Assembly (NCBI GenBank): GCA_964016885.1
Contig: CAXHJY010000103.1
Coordinates: forward strand, 1-64,000
From: Eledone cirrhosa
Lineage: Eukaryota
Length of the DNA stretch: 64,000 nucleotides
Direction of reading: 5' to 3'
The notes under the pieces were generated by a model. The model made no database searches and had not been told where the DNA came from. It saw nothing but the letters and a program-made list of their open reading frames with translations. A program made the translations under genes and the position numbers. Shown piece by piece: positions 48,901 through 62,500 of this stretch. Position 1 is the stretch's first letter, and each line of letters opens with the position of its first letter.

Positions 48901-51900
48901 TCAGTTGAGACAATGACTGACAACCTCTCAAGTGCTGATATTACAAAAATGCACCCACCACACTGTGCAATAGGAAGGACACCCTGCTGTAGAAACCATG
49001 CAAAAAGGTTTGGAAGGACTTTTCAGTTGTGTCAAAAACATGACAACCTCTCTAGAGTTGGTGATCTACAAAATAAATCCACTCAGTACATTCTGTAAAG
49101 TGATTGGTGATAAGAAAAACAACCAACAATAGAAAGCCTGTTAAACAAAGGGTTAGGAGGATTCTTCAGTTGTGTCAAAGACATGATAGCTTCCTTAGCA
49201 TTGGTGCCTTAATAAAATGCACTTGGTAGAGCATGGGAACATATGTAAGCAAAATGTGAGCTTCTTGGCTATCTGAGAGGTAAATAACTGCGTTTGAGAA
49301 CTGACTTGTCTGTGAAGACCCTCCCAACCTTTGCTAGCAGAGAAAATGGAAGTTAAATGATGACAATGATGATGATGATGATGATAAGGCCAGCAATTTG
49401 GGGAGTGGAGAAAGTCGATTAAATCGCCTCCAGTGTGTGAAGGCGCATGGCTTAGTGGTTAGAGCATTGGGCTTGCAATTGAAAGGTTGTGAGTTCAATT
49501 CTCGGACTGGGTGATGTGTTGTTTCCTTGAGCAAGACACTTTATTTCCAGTTTACTCAACTGTAGAAATGAGGTGACAGGACTGGGGTCCCTATCATTAA
49601 ATTACTCAAGACACCTCCAACGAGATATACCTTGGAGGAGGTCAGCTAAACCTGCATAGGTGTGAGCTGTCACAGAGTGTGTGACTGGTACTTTATTTTA
49701 TCGACCTCGTAAGGATGAAAGGCAAAGCCTTGGTGGGATTTGAACTCTGAACGTAAAGAGCTGTAACTCTATTCTGCGAAGCAGATCTGACACTCTACCG
49801 ATACTGCCAATCACTTGCCCTGATAATAATAATAATGAAAATTATTGTGTACAGTGCTCAGGTGCACTACAACTCATCAAAAGTGCATGTATAATACATA
49901 GAATAATGTACAAAAGTCAGGAATGGATGCAGTGTCCTGACAATCTTGTAATAAATCATACCGTTAAAAGTTGCTGCAGAAACTTAATGTATGTATTTTG
50001 TTGTTTTTCATCCATTGGTTCTGAGGATAAGACATGAAAGAGCTGAGAAGCCAGAAGACTCTGTGGAAGTTGATTCTCATCTTCCATGGTTGAGTAACGT
50101 TTTGGAGATTTGCAAGAATTTGGTAGCAGCTGAAACATCTGCAAATAGATAAACAAAAATGAAAGATATATCTTTTAAAATTCTAATCTTGTAAGGAGGT
50201 TGACCCAGTCTCCATGATGATGATGATGATGATGATGATGATGGTGATGGTGATGGTGATGATGATGAGGAGGAGGAGGAGAGTGAGTGGATGGAATTCT
50301 TGGCCTGCCACATTTCTGTTAGAATGTAAGAAGAGCCAACCTATTCATGAAAATATATACTTTCCTATGTATATTGAAGTGTATATATATATATATATAT
50401 TTCATTCATTTCATTTCATTTTACGTCCGCTTTTCCCTGCTTGCAAGGGTGGGACGGGAACTGATTCTGGCTTGATTTCTACAGCTGGATGCCCTTCCTA
50501 ACACCAACCTCATTTACAGTGAGTGCTGGGTGCTTTTTTTGCCGTGGGACCTCCACGACCACTTTGCAGTGGAATGATAGGGACCCCAGTACTATCATCT
50601 CATTTCTACAGCTGAGTGAACTGGAACAATGTGAAATAAAGTGTCTTGCTCAAGGAAACAACACATCACCTGGTCTGAGAATTGAACTCACAACTTTTCG
50701 ATTGCAAGGCCAATGCTCTAACCACTAAGCCATGTGCCTATATATAGTAATAATAATAAATTTGAAGAGTAAAATCCAAAGAGGGCTCGATAAAGATAAA
50801 TATATATCAAATATATAAGAACCGTAGAGCAAATATTTATTAAAATAACAGATTAAAGTTTAAGCAAAGAATCGCTGCTTTCACCCTTAACGGGATCTTC
50901 TGAATATATAGAAGATCCTGTTAAGGGTGAAAGCAGCGATTTTTTGCTTAAACTTTAATCTGTTATTTTAATAAATATATATATATATATATATAATGTA
51001 TATTCTTTTCTATGCCTATTACATTATATATATATATAAATTTATAAGAGCTTGGAATTTTTTCTTTGAGCTTCCTTTGCAGGTGATATGGTGATTGTAA
51101 TTCTCTCAGAAATGACATCTTTAATCATTTTAGTAATATATATATATCATCATCATCATCAGTGTTTAACATCTATTTTCCAGGGTAGCATGAGTTAGAC
51201 GGGTTTGTCCCATTTGAAGCAAGTTTGGTCGAGTGACCGTGTCTCACTCATATAAGACTGTTTCTGGCTGGTTTTCTACAGCTGGATGTCCTTCCTAATG
51301 CCAACCACATTTACAGTGTGGACTGGGTGCTTTTTGTCATGAAAACTACACAACCTACAGTGTGGGCTGGATGTTTTGTGGTACCAACATAACTTTACAG
51401 AGTAAGGGTAGTGTGGATAGAAGTGGGAGAGAGGTGTAGGTGGTGTGGAGTGTATATTGGATTAAGAGGTGCCTATTGAGTGTAAGTTTAAGTCCATGTG
51501 CAACAGAAGGCAGGTCTTCTGTGTTACTGCATAGCACCAAAGATCTTGATTGGCAGTATCGGTAGAGGGTTGGACGCCATGCTTTCTATCATAGTTACGT
51601 CCCTTTACAGTCTGAGTTCAAATGCCGCCGAGGTTAACTTTGCCTTTCATCCTTACGGGGTCGATAAAATAAAGTACCAGTAATGTACTGGGTAATTGCT
51701 GGCCTTGTGCCAAATGTAGAAACAATTATACATATATATATATATATATATATAGGTGATAAAAGCTGACCTTGCACACTCGAACAACTCTAAGACAATG
51801 ACACAAAATCGAGATCTTTGGCGTTATGCAGTAATACAGAAGACCCACCTTCCCTTGTACACGGACTTAAACTTACACTCAGTAGGCACCTCTTAATCCA

Positions 51901-52472
51901 ATATTCACCCCACACCCCCTCCCATTTCCGCCCACACCACCCTTACTCTGTAAAGTTATGTAAGTACCACAAAACATCCAGCCCACACTGTAAAGTGGTC
52001 GTGTAGGTGTCACAACAAAAAGCACCCAGCCCACACTATAAAATGGTCGTGTAGGAGACATTTCAAAAATCACCTAGCACACACTGTAAATGTGGTTGAC
52101 GTTAGGAAGGGTATCCAACTGTAGAAAACCAGCCAGAAACAGTCCTATACGAGCGAGACATGGTCACCCCACCAAACTTGCCTCAAATAGGACAAACCCA
52201 TCTAACCCATGTTAGCATGGAAGATAGACGTTAAATGATGATATATATATATATATATATATTATTATTATGTAATAAACATTTACCAGTGGTTTCTTAA
52301 AAGCAAAAGGTTTTGCTTTCAATCCTCAGAATGAAAAAATCCTGGTCTGTTTATTGAATTTGGATTTTAAAAACAAAAATGCAATCTATATGAAAGTGAG
52401 GCTGGAGAAGGAAGAAGGAAAGGAAAAATAAAATAAAACTACACATGCAAACACACACACAAAAGCATACAT

Positions 52473-52533
<61 letters not shown>

Positions 52534-52610
52534 CACACATATATACATACACATATATACACATACACATACATATACACATACATACACTCATACACAC
52601 ACACACATAT

Positions 52611-52655
<45 letters not shown>

Positions 52656-53228
52656 TATATATATATATATGTGTGTGTACAAGCATACACATACACTAAC
52701 ATAGCCATACACACACATATATACATACATACATTCACACAATCATACATATATACACACGTACATACATACACATACATAAATGCACTCCTCTACATAT
52801 TCACACACGCAAATAAATATAAGAAAAAAATATATATATATTAAACATTTTTGACAGCGATACAGAAGGCAGCTAACTGGACAGACACGCGTGGTAAGTA
52901 ATACACACAAATGCACGTATACATACGTACGAAATAGTAAATACATACACACACTCTCACACATAAATATACAAATACATAAACACATACATACACATAC
53001 ATGCACAAACACGCACACGTATACAATATATACACACACATATGTATATGTAATTATATACACACACATATATATATATATATATACATAAATATAAACA
53101 TACACACACACACATATGTATACATACACACACATATACATACATAGCTATACAATTATACACATACAAATACGTACATATCATAAACACGCACAACCAA
53201 ATACAAACACACATACATATATATATAT

Positions 53229-53269
<41 letters not shown>

Positions 53270-53532
53270 TACATATACATACACATACACACACACATAC
53301 ATGTGTGTGTGTGTGTGTAAAACTCAGTCTTAGATAATTCATATGAACCTTATATATACATATATATAGTAGTAAAGTAATAAAGCAACATAAGGCAATT
53401 ATTCCATTCACCAGTGGTTTCTTAAAAGCAAAAAATGTTTCCTTCAATCTTCAGAATGAAAAAAAACCTGGTCTATCCACATATACATACATATACACAC
53501 ACAAATATATATACATATATGCACATACACAT

Positions 53533-53563
<31 letters not shown>

Positions 53564-56500
53564 CATATATACATATATATATATACACACAAATACACAT
53601 ACACATAGGTATGTGAAGGGCAAGGCAAAAAGAATATATGGGGGGGGGGGACATAGGAAAAGGTGAAATATAAGGGGAGGTAAGGGAGAAAAAAAAAAAT
53701 AAATATACAAGAGTACAGAACGTAGAATCAGCAAAATAAAAACCGTAGCAGAAGTAAAGAGCAGAAAAGGAGTTCAAGGCGGTTGATTTATCATAGCAGT
53801 GTCAATCCAGTTACAGATCAGATGCGATTTCAGATGAGGACAGCATCTGAAGATCTCAGTCTTTGAGTTAAGGCAAGCGGAAGTGGCTCTCAAGTTTAGC
53901 AAAAATTAAGCTCTGTTACCTACATAGAGCACTCTTTTTTCCTGGACTTTTCCGACGGAATTACTTCATTCACACATATATATATATATAGATAGATAGA
54001 TATACACACACAATTTTCTAGAATATACATATGTTTCTATATCTATTATACAATGCCATATGTCAGTGAGACATGGTCTTGGCTGTAAACCTACAAAGGC
54101 TCGAAAGAAATGAAGCAAGTATGCAGTGAAGGATGTAAAATGTTAGTGTGCATGAATGACATAGCATAAGGGAACTGAGAGAACAACCTGGGTATAAGAA
54201 AAAATAGATGTTATGTGCTAGACTATGTTGGTACAAATATGTGATGCATATGGAAGATGATGGTTGTATAAAGAAATGAAGGAAAATCTCTATGGATGGG
54301 ACTCATGGATAAGGTAGACCTAAGAAGACATCATATGAAGTAGTGGTGATAAGCTTTTGGAAGTTGAATCTTATAATTGAGATGACAATGGAAAATAAGA
54401 ATTAGTGACACGCAGTGATGGTGAAGACCTCCCTACCAGTATAAAAGATGTGACCTGAACTATTCATGTCCCATTCCTTAGTAAATACTTTCACCATCAC
54501 TGTACACCTCACCCCTCTTAAATACACCGATGACATTATATTTATCATCATTCATACTTTCATCACCTTCTGTCATGACATGACAACCTCTCTAGTGTTG
54601 CTGATCTTACACACCAAATACATTCTGTAAACTTACCTTAACAATGACATTCCTTTGTTTGGGATTCCTGAGAGCAGTGCCAACTGAAATCTTTAGGATT
54701 GATTCAATATCCAGCAAAGCATACTGACAAATTTTGGAAGGAATCTGAAAAAATGAAATATATTTCCTGATTTAATTTGTAGGCTATCTTCGATGTTTTA
54801 ATGATAGGTTCCCAGTCCTATCATGAAAAGCAATGTGAAAAGAAGAGTCTAGCTGAAGAACTTATGCTGACCAGTCAAGGAATTGAACCCACAACCATAT
54901 GATCATGAGTCCACAACCACAAGGCCACATGACTTCACAATATAATTTAAACTGTAATCATGAAAATACAAGCTACCATGAGCATTCTAAACATAGATGA
55001 GTGAGCTGTGGAAAATAATTCTATCTGTTTACATTATTTAAAAAGGATTGAAAAGACTCTCCAGTTACATCAAAGATAAAACAAGCTTTCTAGTGCTAGT
55101 GCCATGACAAAATATAGCTTGCACTCTTTGTAAAGTGGCCAGTGTTAGGAAAAGCATCATCCATAGAAAGCATGTGAAAAATGGAGTGTTCTAACTGAGA
55201 TGTGGTTGCATGATCCATTTACGAGGACAGTAGCTCTGATAAAGTTCTGATTTGGTCTGCAACAACCCATCTATTTAAGAAGGCAGTAGCTCTGATAGAG
55301 TTCTGACCTGGTTTGTAACAACCCATCTATTTAAGAGGACAGTAGCTTTGATAAAGTACTCACTTGGTTTGTAACAACCCATCTATTTAAGAGGACAGTA
55401 GCTCTGATAAAGTACTGACTTGATCTGTAATAACCACATGTCAGTGGACAGACATTTACTGTTTAGTTTGAAATAAAAGCTCAGTTGTCATAACTGTTTG
55501 GTTTGATCTGAAAGGTCAGGTGTTTAGCATATGGCAGATGCCTGATGGAGGGTATTCGTTTGGTTCCATCATTATTTTTTCCATTTTATCTATCTAAAGA
55601 CTATAAAAAACGTTTTAGTAATACAATATAATTGTTTCTACTATTGGCACAAGGCCAGCAATTACCCAGTAGATTACTGGTACTTTATTTTATCAACAAT
55701 ATAATGGTTTCTAATTTGGTCATAAAGCCTGCAATTTTAGGATGAAGGGTAAGTTGATTATATCATTAATTTATTGTCCCCTGAAATTATGAGATGCAAA
55801 GAATTTATCACCTTCATGCCTTTAATTTCAGTTAGTTTATTCAACTCCATGGTTAATGGTTGCCTGAAACGAGATATTCTTCGCCACCACGGTCTGTCTT
55901 CTTCACAATTGTCAGCCAAGTATGTTTGACATATGATGTCATCTTGGAGAAATGATGGCAAGAATATGAAAGCCTCAAGTAAGACCTACAAATAACAAAC
56001 AACAGAAATATTCAATTAGTTAAAGTTATTATTTTACACCTGACTTTTGTATGTTTTGTCATAGATTGGATGAAACCCAGAACTTATTTCATGGATATTA
56101 AGTGATTGTGAGTACAAAACTTTCTCCTGGATAGGACGTTAGTCCTTTGCAGGATTAATCTTCCAGCCCACTCCAGCTGCCATTGGTACTCATTTTCAGA
56201 TGAGAAAACTGGAACAATAAAAAGTGAAGTGTCTAGTTCAAGATGTGTCCACCTGGTCTGGAAATTGAACCCATAACCTTATAATCAACACCCTAGTCAC
56301 TAGGCCATATAGGAATATATAAAATATATAATTGCTAATGTTGACAAATTTCTAAGGTGTGGGGGATGATTAAATCAATGTTATTACCTGACTGCTACTA
56401 CAGGGTGAGTAGAAACTCCCTATTGAAAATTACTTGTCACTTTTGACTTACTGACAACTTGGGTCAACATCAATGACCTCATATTCATGCAAGATGTGTG

Positions 56501-59500
56501 TGTGTGTGTGTGTCCCCTCCTCTCATTTTGCACACAGTATCTGTGAGTCCAATTTCCAGGAAATTGGCTGGGTCATCGAGGTCCATCTGAATGGCCAGCA
56601 AGAATCTCTGACTTAAGACCATATGATTTTTTCCTGTGAGGGTGGGTGAAGGAAGAAGTTTATAACTGAAAACTATCGATAAGATAAGGTCTAAGAGAGA
56701 AGAAACTCTGAATAAGGACCTAAATTGGACTGCAACGATCTGTCCAATCCATGCTGAAATGATGATGATAAAGATGATAATGAATACAGCTCATTCTAAG
56801 ATCTGACTGTCTATATGTCTAATCACTTATTAAAGATAGTAGCCATGACCTTTTTCATGGTCACCAAAACTGATTGCTTACAACAAAGTGAACCCTGTGA
56901 AAGGCACCAAGTGCTGGTAATAAACCTGGCAACAGATTAAGTCTACCACCGAGTGGGCAACTGCAGGGTTTGAACTCAGTATTCTAATGACTTAGCCAAA
57001 CCACTGCCCAAGGCTAGTAATTTATTAACCCTGAGAATGTAAGACTCCTTAATGGGCAGGAAGTTAGTCCATTGCTACATTAATCACCAGCTACCACTGG
57101 CACTCATTTTCAGCTAAGTTGACTGGAGTAATATGAAATAAAATGTTTTGCACAAGAACACAACATGCTACCTGGTCCAAAAGTTGAACCCACAGCATTA
57201 CCATTGTAAGAGCAACACCCTAACCACTAAACCATACACCTTCAAAATATGCATACATGATGATAAATGTTTCTAAATATAGGCACACGGTCAGCTATTT
57301 TGTTGGGGTGGGGTACAGTTGATTACATCAACACCCAGTATTCAGCTGGTACTTTATTTTATTGACACTGGAAAGATCAAAAGCAAAGTAGACAGTGGCA
57401 GGATTTGGATTCAGAACATAAAAAGTCAGAACAAATGCCACAAAGTATTTTGTCTGTCACTCTAACCATTATGCCAATTCCCAACCCTTTTGATAATAAT
57501 AATTGTTTCTACTTTTGGCACAAGGCCAGCAATTACTCAGTATATTACTGGTATTTTATTTTATCAACCCCGTAAGGATGAAAGTCAAAGTTAACCTCAG
57601 CAGGATTTGAACTCAGAATGGCAAGGGCCGTAACTCTATGCGTCAAATCATGGCATCCGACCCTTTACCAATACTGCCAAAATAATAATAATGATTTCTA
57701 ATTTAGGCACATGGCCAATCCTTTTTAGGGAGAGGGCAAAGAAGATTATAAATCCCCAGTACATAAATTGTACTTTATTTTATCCACCATGGCAGGATGA
57801 AAGACAAAGTTGACCTTGGTGGGATTTGAACTCAGAAAGTCCTAATTAAATACTACAAAGCATTTTATTCAATGCTCTACTGATACTGCCAATCCACCAC
57901 CCTACAGTATGATAACAACAACAATAATACATATATACCTGAAGATACTTCTCTGTAAGTGCAGTTTCTTCATTTAGGGAAGACATCCAACATATTCCTT
58001 GCCACAAACACAACCATTGTTTTTTCTGAGACAGTAAATTTTTGTGTGTATTTAAATATTCAAAAAACCTAGGAAATATAAGGATTGACAACAATACACC
58101 TCGTACATATACACGAGTCAATGATAAGTTGATGTTTTTTAATGTAAATATAAATCTTTTCATTCAGCTATTTTAACTCTACAATATTATTTCCTATCAA
58201 CGAATTGAAAGAGTCATTAGAATGTTGGATAGAATGCTTTGTAGTAGTCATTCCAGCTCTCTGCACTATGAGTTTAAATTCTGCCGAGGTCAATTTTGCC
58301 TTTCATCCTTTCAAGGTTGATAAAAAAAAGAACCAGTCCAGTTTTGGGATAGATTCTTCCTGAATATCTCTTTCTAACTTGAGGACTTTTCAATCATTTC
58401 AAAAACATGACAGTTGCCACAATAAAATGTGCCTAGTACACTCAGTAAACTGACCGGCTTTATGAAGGGTATCCAGCTATTGAAATTATGCCAAAATAGG
58501 GTTGAGAAGACTCTCCAGTTACATGAAAGACAAATCAACCTTTCTAGTGCTAGTGCCATGACAAAATATTGCTTGCACACTCTGTAAAGTTTACTTAAGT
58601 AAGAAAAAAAAAAAAAAGGGGGGGAAACAAAAGGAAAGAAAAGGGAAATATAGAAGAAAAAGAAAGGGAGGGGATGGCAAAATCTCTGGTGTCACAGAAG
58701 GGGGGGGGGATGAAGAAGGAGCGTGATTGGGTTTGGGTGTAAGGAAAGGGGGCAGAAGTGTGTGCCCCACTGACAAGATGGCCAGTGACACCCGCTGCAC
58801 AGCCATCCAACCTCGCGGGGCTCCCTCCTCAGATGGGCCACAGACGCTCTGATCTTGCAGAGGAGCTTGGCAGTACGGTGTCCAAGTATGCCTGAGGTCT
58901 CAACAGTGACCAGTGCAAAGAGGAAGCGGCCGGACTAACCCCAGTATTTGTTTATTTTATGTTCTTCTGTGAGGCGGGCTGCGATGCCGGGGTTTGAGGC
59001 CGAAGCGACTAAGTTGAAGGCGGAGAACTTGTCGCAGCAGGTGGCGTCCCAGATGAGGGATCTACCTCCTTCGAATGGGAAGAGGGTGATTCTGCCAGGG
59101 TGCTTGCCATCTCCACGGTCTAGGCCTGCTGGCTCCAGTTGAGATGGAAAGCCAGATCCGTCCAGGCTCCTTCTCAATATGTCATTGAGAGTGGCCTGCC
59201 AGGGGAACCAACCGGCCTGCACTCTGGCAGCAAGACAGAGGGTGCAGGCCAAACTTGTCAACAACCACCTCTCAGCAGCATTTGTGTGGTTCGCACACAC
59301 AGAGGCCAAAGCATTGGGTTACTCTGACGCAAGTGCACTCATCGTCAAGTAGGGTACTGGTTGATGAGGAGAGCACCGATTGGAGCCATACGCCACTGTT
59401 GGGCTGAGAAGCAGAGCGGAGGCAGGTGAGGCGGTGTTGGTCCAAGCCGGACTCAATCCGCCTGACAGAGGACCTGCAATTGATATCATCCATTACGTTG

Positions 59501-62500
59501 GACCGTGGTATACTAGGGAATAGAGAAGCCTTCGCCTGTCCAGTAGGCCAGAGCCTGTTCCATCTCAGGGGCCAGGTCAGGTTCAGATGCTTGGCTGAGA
59601 ACCTCGCTAACGAGAGCGCGACAAGAGAAGATAGAGAAGAGGTATACAGGTAAAGCTAGGTCTGAAGCTGATCAGAGGCCAAGGCCACCAAACCTTGCTG
59701 AGAGTGTCACCTGTTGCCAGCCTCTGCTGTCGAAACTGACATTGCAGATGAGTTCCGCACAGCATCGAATGAAGTGGCTGGTGTTAAGAAAAGCATCAGC
59801 CATAGAAAGTATGCCAAAATTGGAATGTACTGACTGAGATATGGTTGCCTGATCTATTTAAGACTATAGTAGCTCTGATAAAATTCTGATTTGGTCTCTA
59901 ACAACCTATCTATTAAAGAGGACAATAGCCCTGATAAAGTTCTGACTTGGTCTGTAACAACCCTTCCAACCCATGCAAGTAAAGGGAAAATGAACATGAA
60001 ATAATGATATTTATAAATTTCTATTATATAACATTAAAACAGACATAATTTACCTGATATCTTTCCAGTCCTCAATTTTTCGATTTTTGAACATCTCAAG
60101 AAAAACATCTGTAAAAATGTTAGGAAGGAAGGAAGAAAAAAGGTTTCATAATGAAAGAATTTAACTGTATACTATATTATCATTTAGCCAAAGGGTCAGG
60201 AGGACACTCCAGTCATGACAACCTCCCTAGTGCATGTGATCTACATGATAAACACATCCAGTTCACACTGTTAAGTGGTTGGTGATAGTAAGGGCATCCA
60301 GCCTTAGCAATCATGCCAAAGGGTTGGGAAGACCCTCAGTTGTGTCAAAGGCATGACAACCTCTCCTGGGCACTCAATGGAATGTAAGACCATACATAAG
60401 TGAGACACAGATCCCTGGCTTGCTTGGGAGATCAGTAGCTCTGCTTCAGTATGGATTTGGTCTATATAGAGCCATTCAACCCTTGCTAGCAGGGAAAGGG
60501 GATGTTAAAACAACAATGATGATGATTTTGAAGATACATAGCCTGGTGGGTGAGGTGTTGATCTCATGATTGTAAGACCATAGGTTCAATTCCTAGATTA
60601 AGTGACATGTTGTGCCCATGAGCAAAGCACTTTGTTTCACTCAGCTGTAAATAAAATACTTCACACAGTAACTAGGGGTTAATTCTACAAAAGATTGGGA
60701 CTCCTGTCCAGAGAGTACTTTCAGTTGTTTAATACCAAAGAAACTGGAACAATCTCTGACCTGCTGAGTTTCTGGGCTTGAGACAGACTTTAGCTAACAC
60801 TACAGTATACTGCCTAGTTGACAAGAATGTGTTATCATCATCATCATCATTACCATTTAATTTTCATGGTAAAGGTTTTACCTCACATAATTATCTCACA
60901 TAATATTGAATCTATGAGATTTTGATATTATTTATTTTGCGAACAATACCTTAACATCAGTATGACTGGCCAGTTACGGTTGATTTGAACAGAAAGAGGT
61001 GAGAGAATTTTGGCCAGATATGGCTGGTTTAAATGTTAATGGGTTAAGCATCAGGCTTTAAAACAGTTTAAAGAAGTGTTCACGATTAAACCAGTTTACC
61101 ATAGAGTAGACATACATCAACTTAGACACTGAAAATAAGAGGTGAAATATAAGGGATTAAACATACATAGTAACATGGTGTAATATATGAACCTGTATAT
61201 ATTGGTTACATATAATAAACATACATTTAGTCTCACTGATAGTATGTTAAGCATAAATAAGAACATATATAAATCATCTTTTTTCATTGCAAACTGCTCC
61301 TAGTTTTATGATCAAAGCTTTAAACAAGCTGTATCTGGCCAGAATTCTCTCACCTCTTTCTGTTCAAACCAGCTGTAACTGGCCACTCATATCGACGTTA
61401 AGGTATTCTCAAAATAAATAATATCAAAATCTCAGATTACCATGAAAATATAAGAGTAAATATAGAGTAATGTAAATGCTAAAGGATTAATGTGTTTATG
61501 TTTATATTTAACCCTTTGTTCTTAATTTATCCTAAACAAATTTTGTTGTTTGAAATAGTTTAATCATGAGAAAGTTAGATATATTAAAAAATTCCTTTAA
61601 ATTTCTGATTATTTAAATAATAAATATAAAATCATAGGCAGTATCTTACATTATAAATATAGTAATGAAAGAATTAAATGTAAAGCTGCCTTACCAGAAG
61701 GATTTCTGTCAAGAGGTGGGCGATCTAAGGCGACAAATTGCTTGCTATCAGTTGATGACAATGTAGCCATATTCTGGCCAAAGTACTGAATAATAAACTT
61801 AACATGATTCAATTCTTCTTGAGATTTCTTAACTAAAGTGTTTGTTACAGATGTACTTGAAAGTTTAGGAAGAAGAGAGTGGAAAATTCCATAACACTTA
61901 TCAACAGAGAATATGCTGAAATCCTGGAAGAGTTTAGAATTTTCAAGTTCTGCTCTCCATTTTAAATACAGACAGATATTTTCCATGAGCAATTTGGCAT
62001 CTGGAACTGAAGAAATGTTGCTGCTATTAAATTCAAAAAGAGATGGAAATTTCTGAAAAGGCTCATTTATAGAAGCTTCCATTTCCATAAAAGTGTTCAC
62101 ATCATTTTCCTTTCTTTGTAAACACTTGGAAACATTTTTAGCAACATCAGGGTAAGCATTATCTCTTACTTCTTGTACAGCGACGTCATTCATGAGGTTG
62201 ATGAGTGAGACATTAATGTCACAGTGTGAACCATAGAAGGCAAGCCATAGACTCACCAGATAATAGAAAATACTATCAGTCTGAGAAACATCAACAATGC
62301 CACTGTCAGTTTGTTCTTGCTTAGACTTCGCAGAATGGCAAGATGATAATAATAGTAATTTCTTAATGCAATGAAGAATTTCATCTAGAAGGTTGGGATT
62401 GGAATTAAGCACATTGAGAAAAGATTTTAATTTGATGGTTTGTAGAAAACATGATGTTGTAGCAAAAGTTCTTTTGATTGAGGGTTGAGGTAGATCAAAA

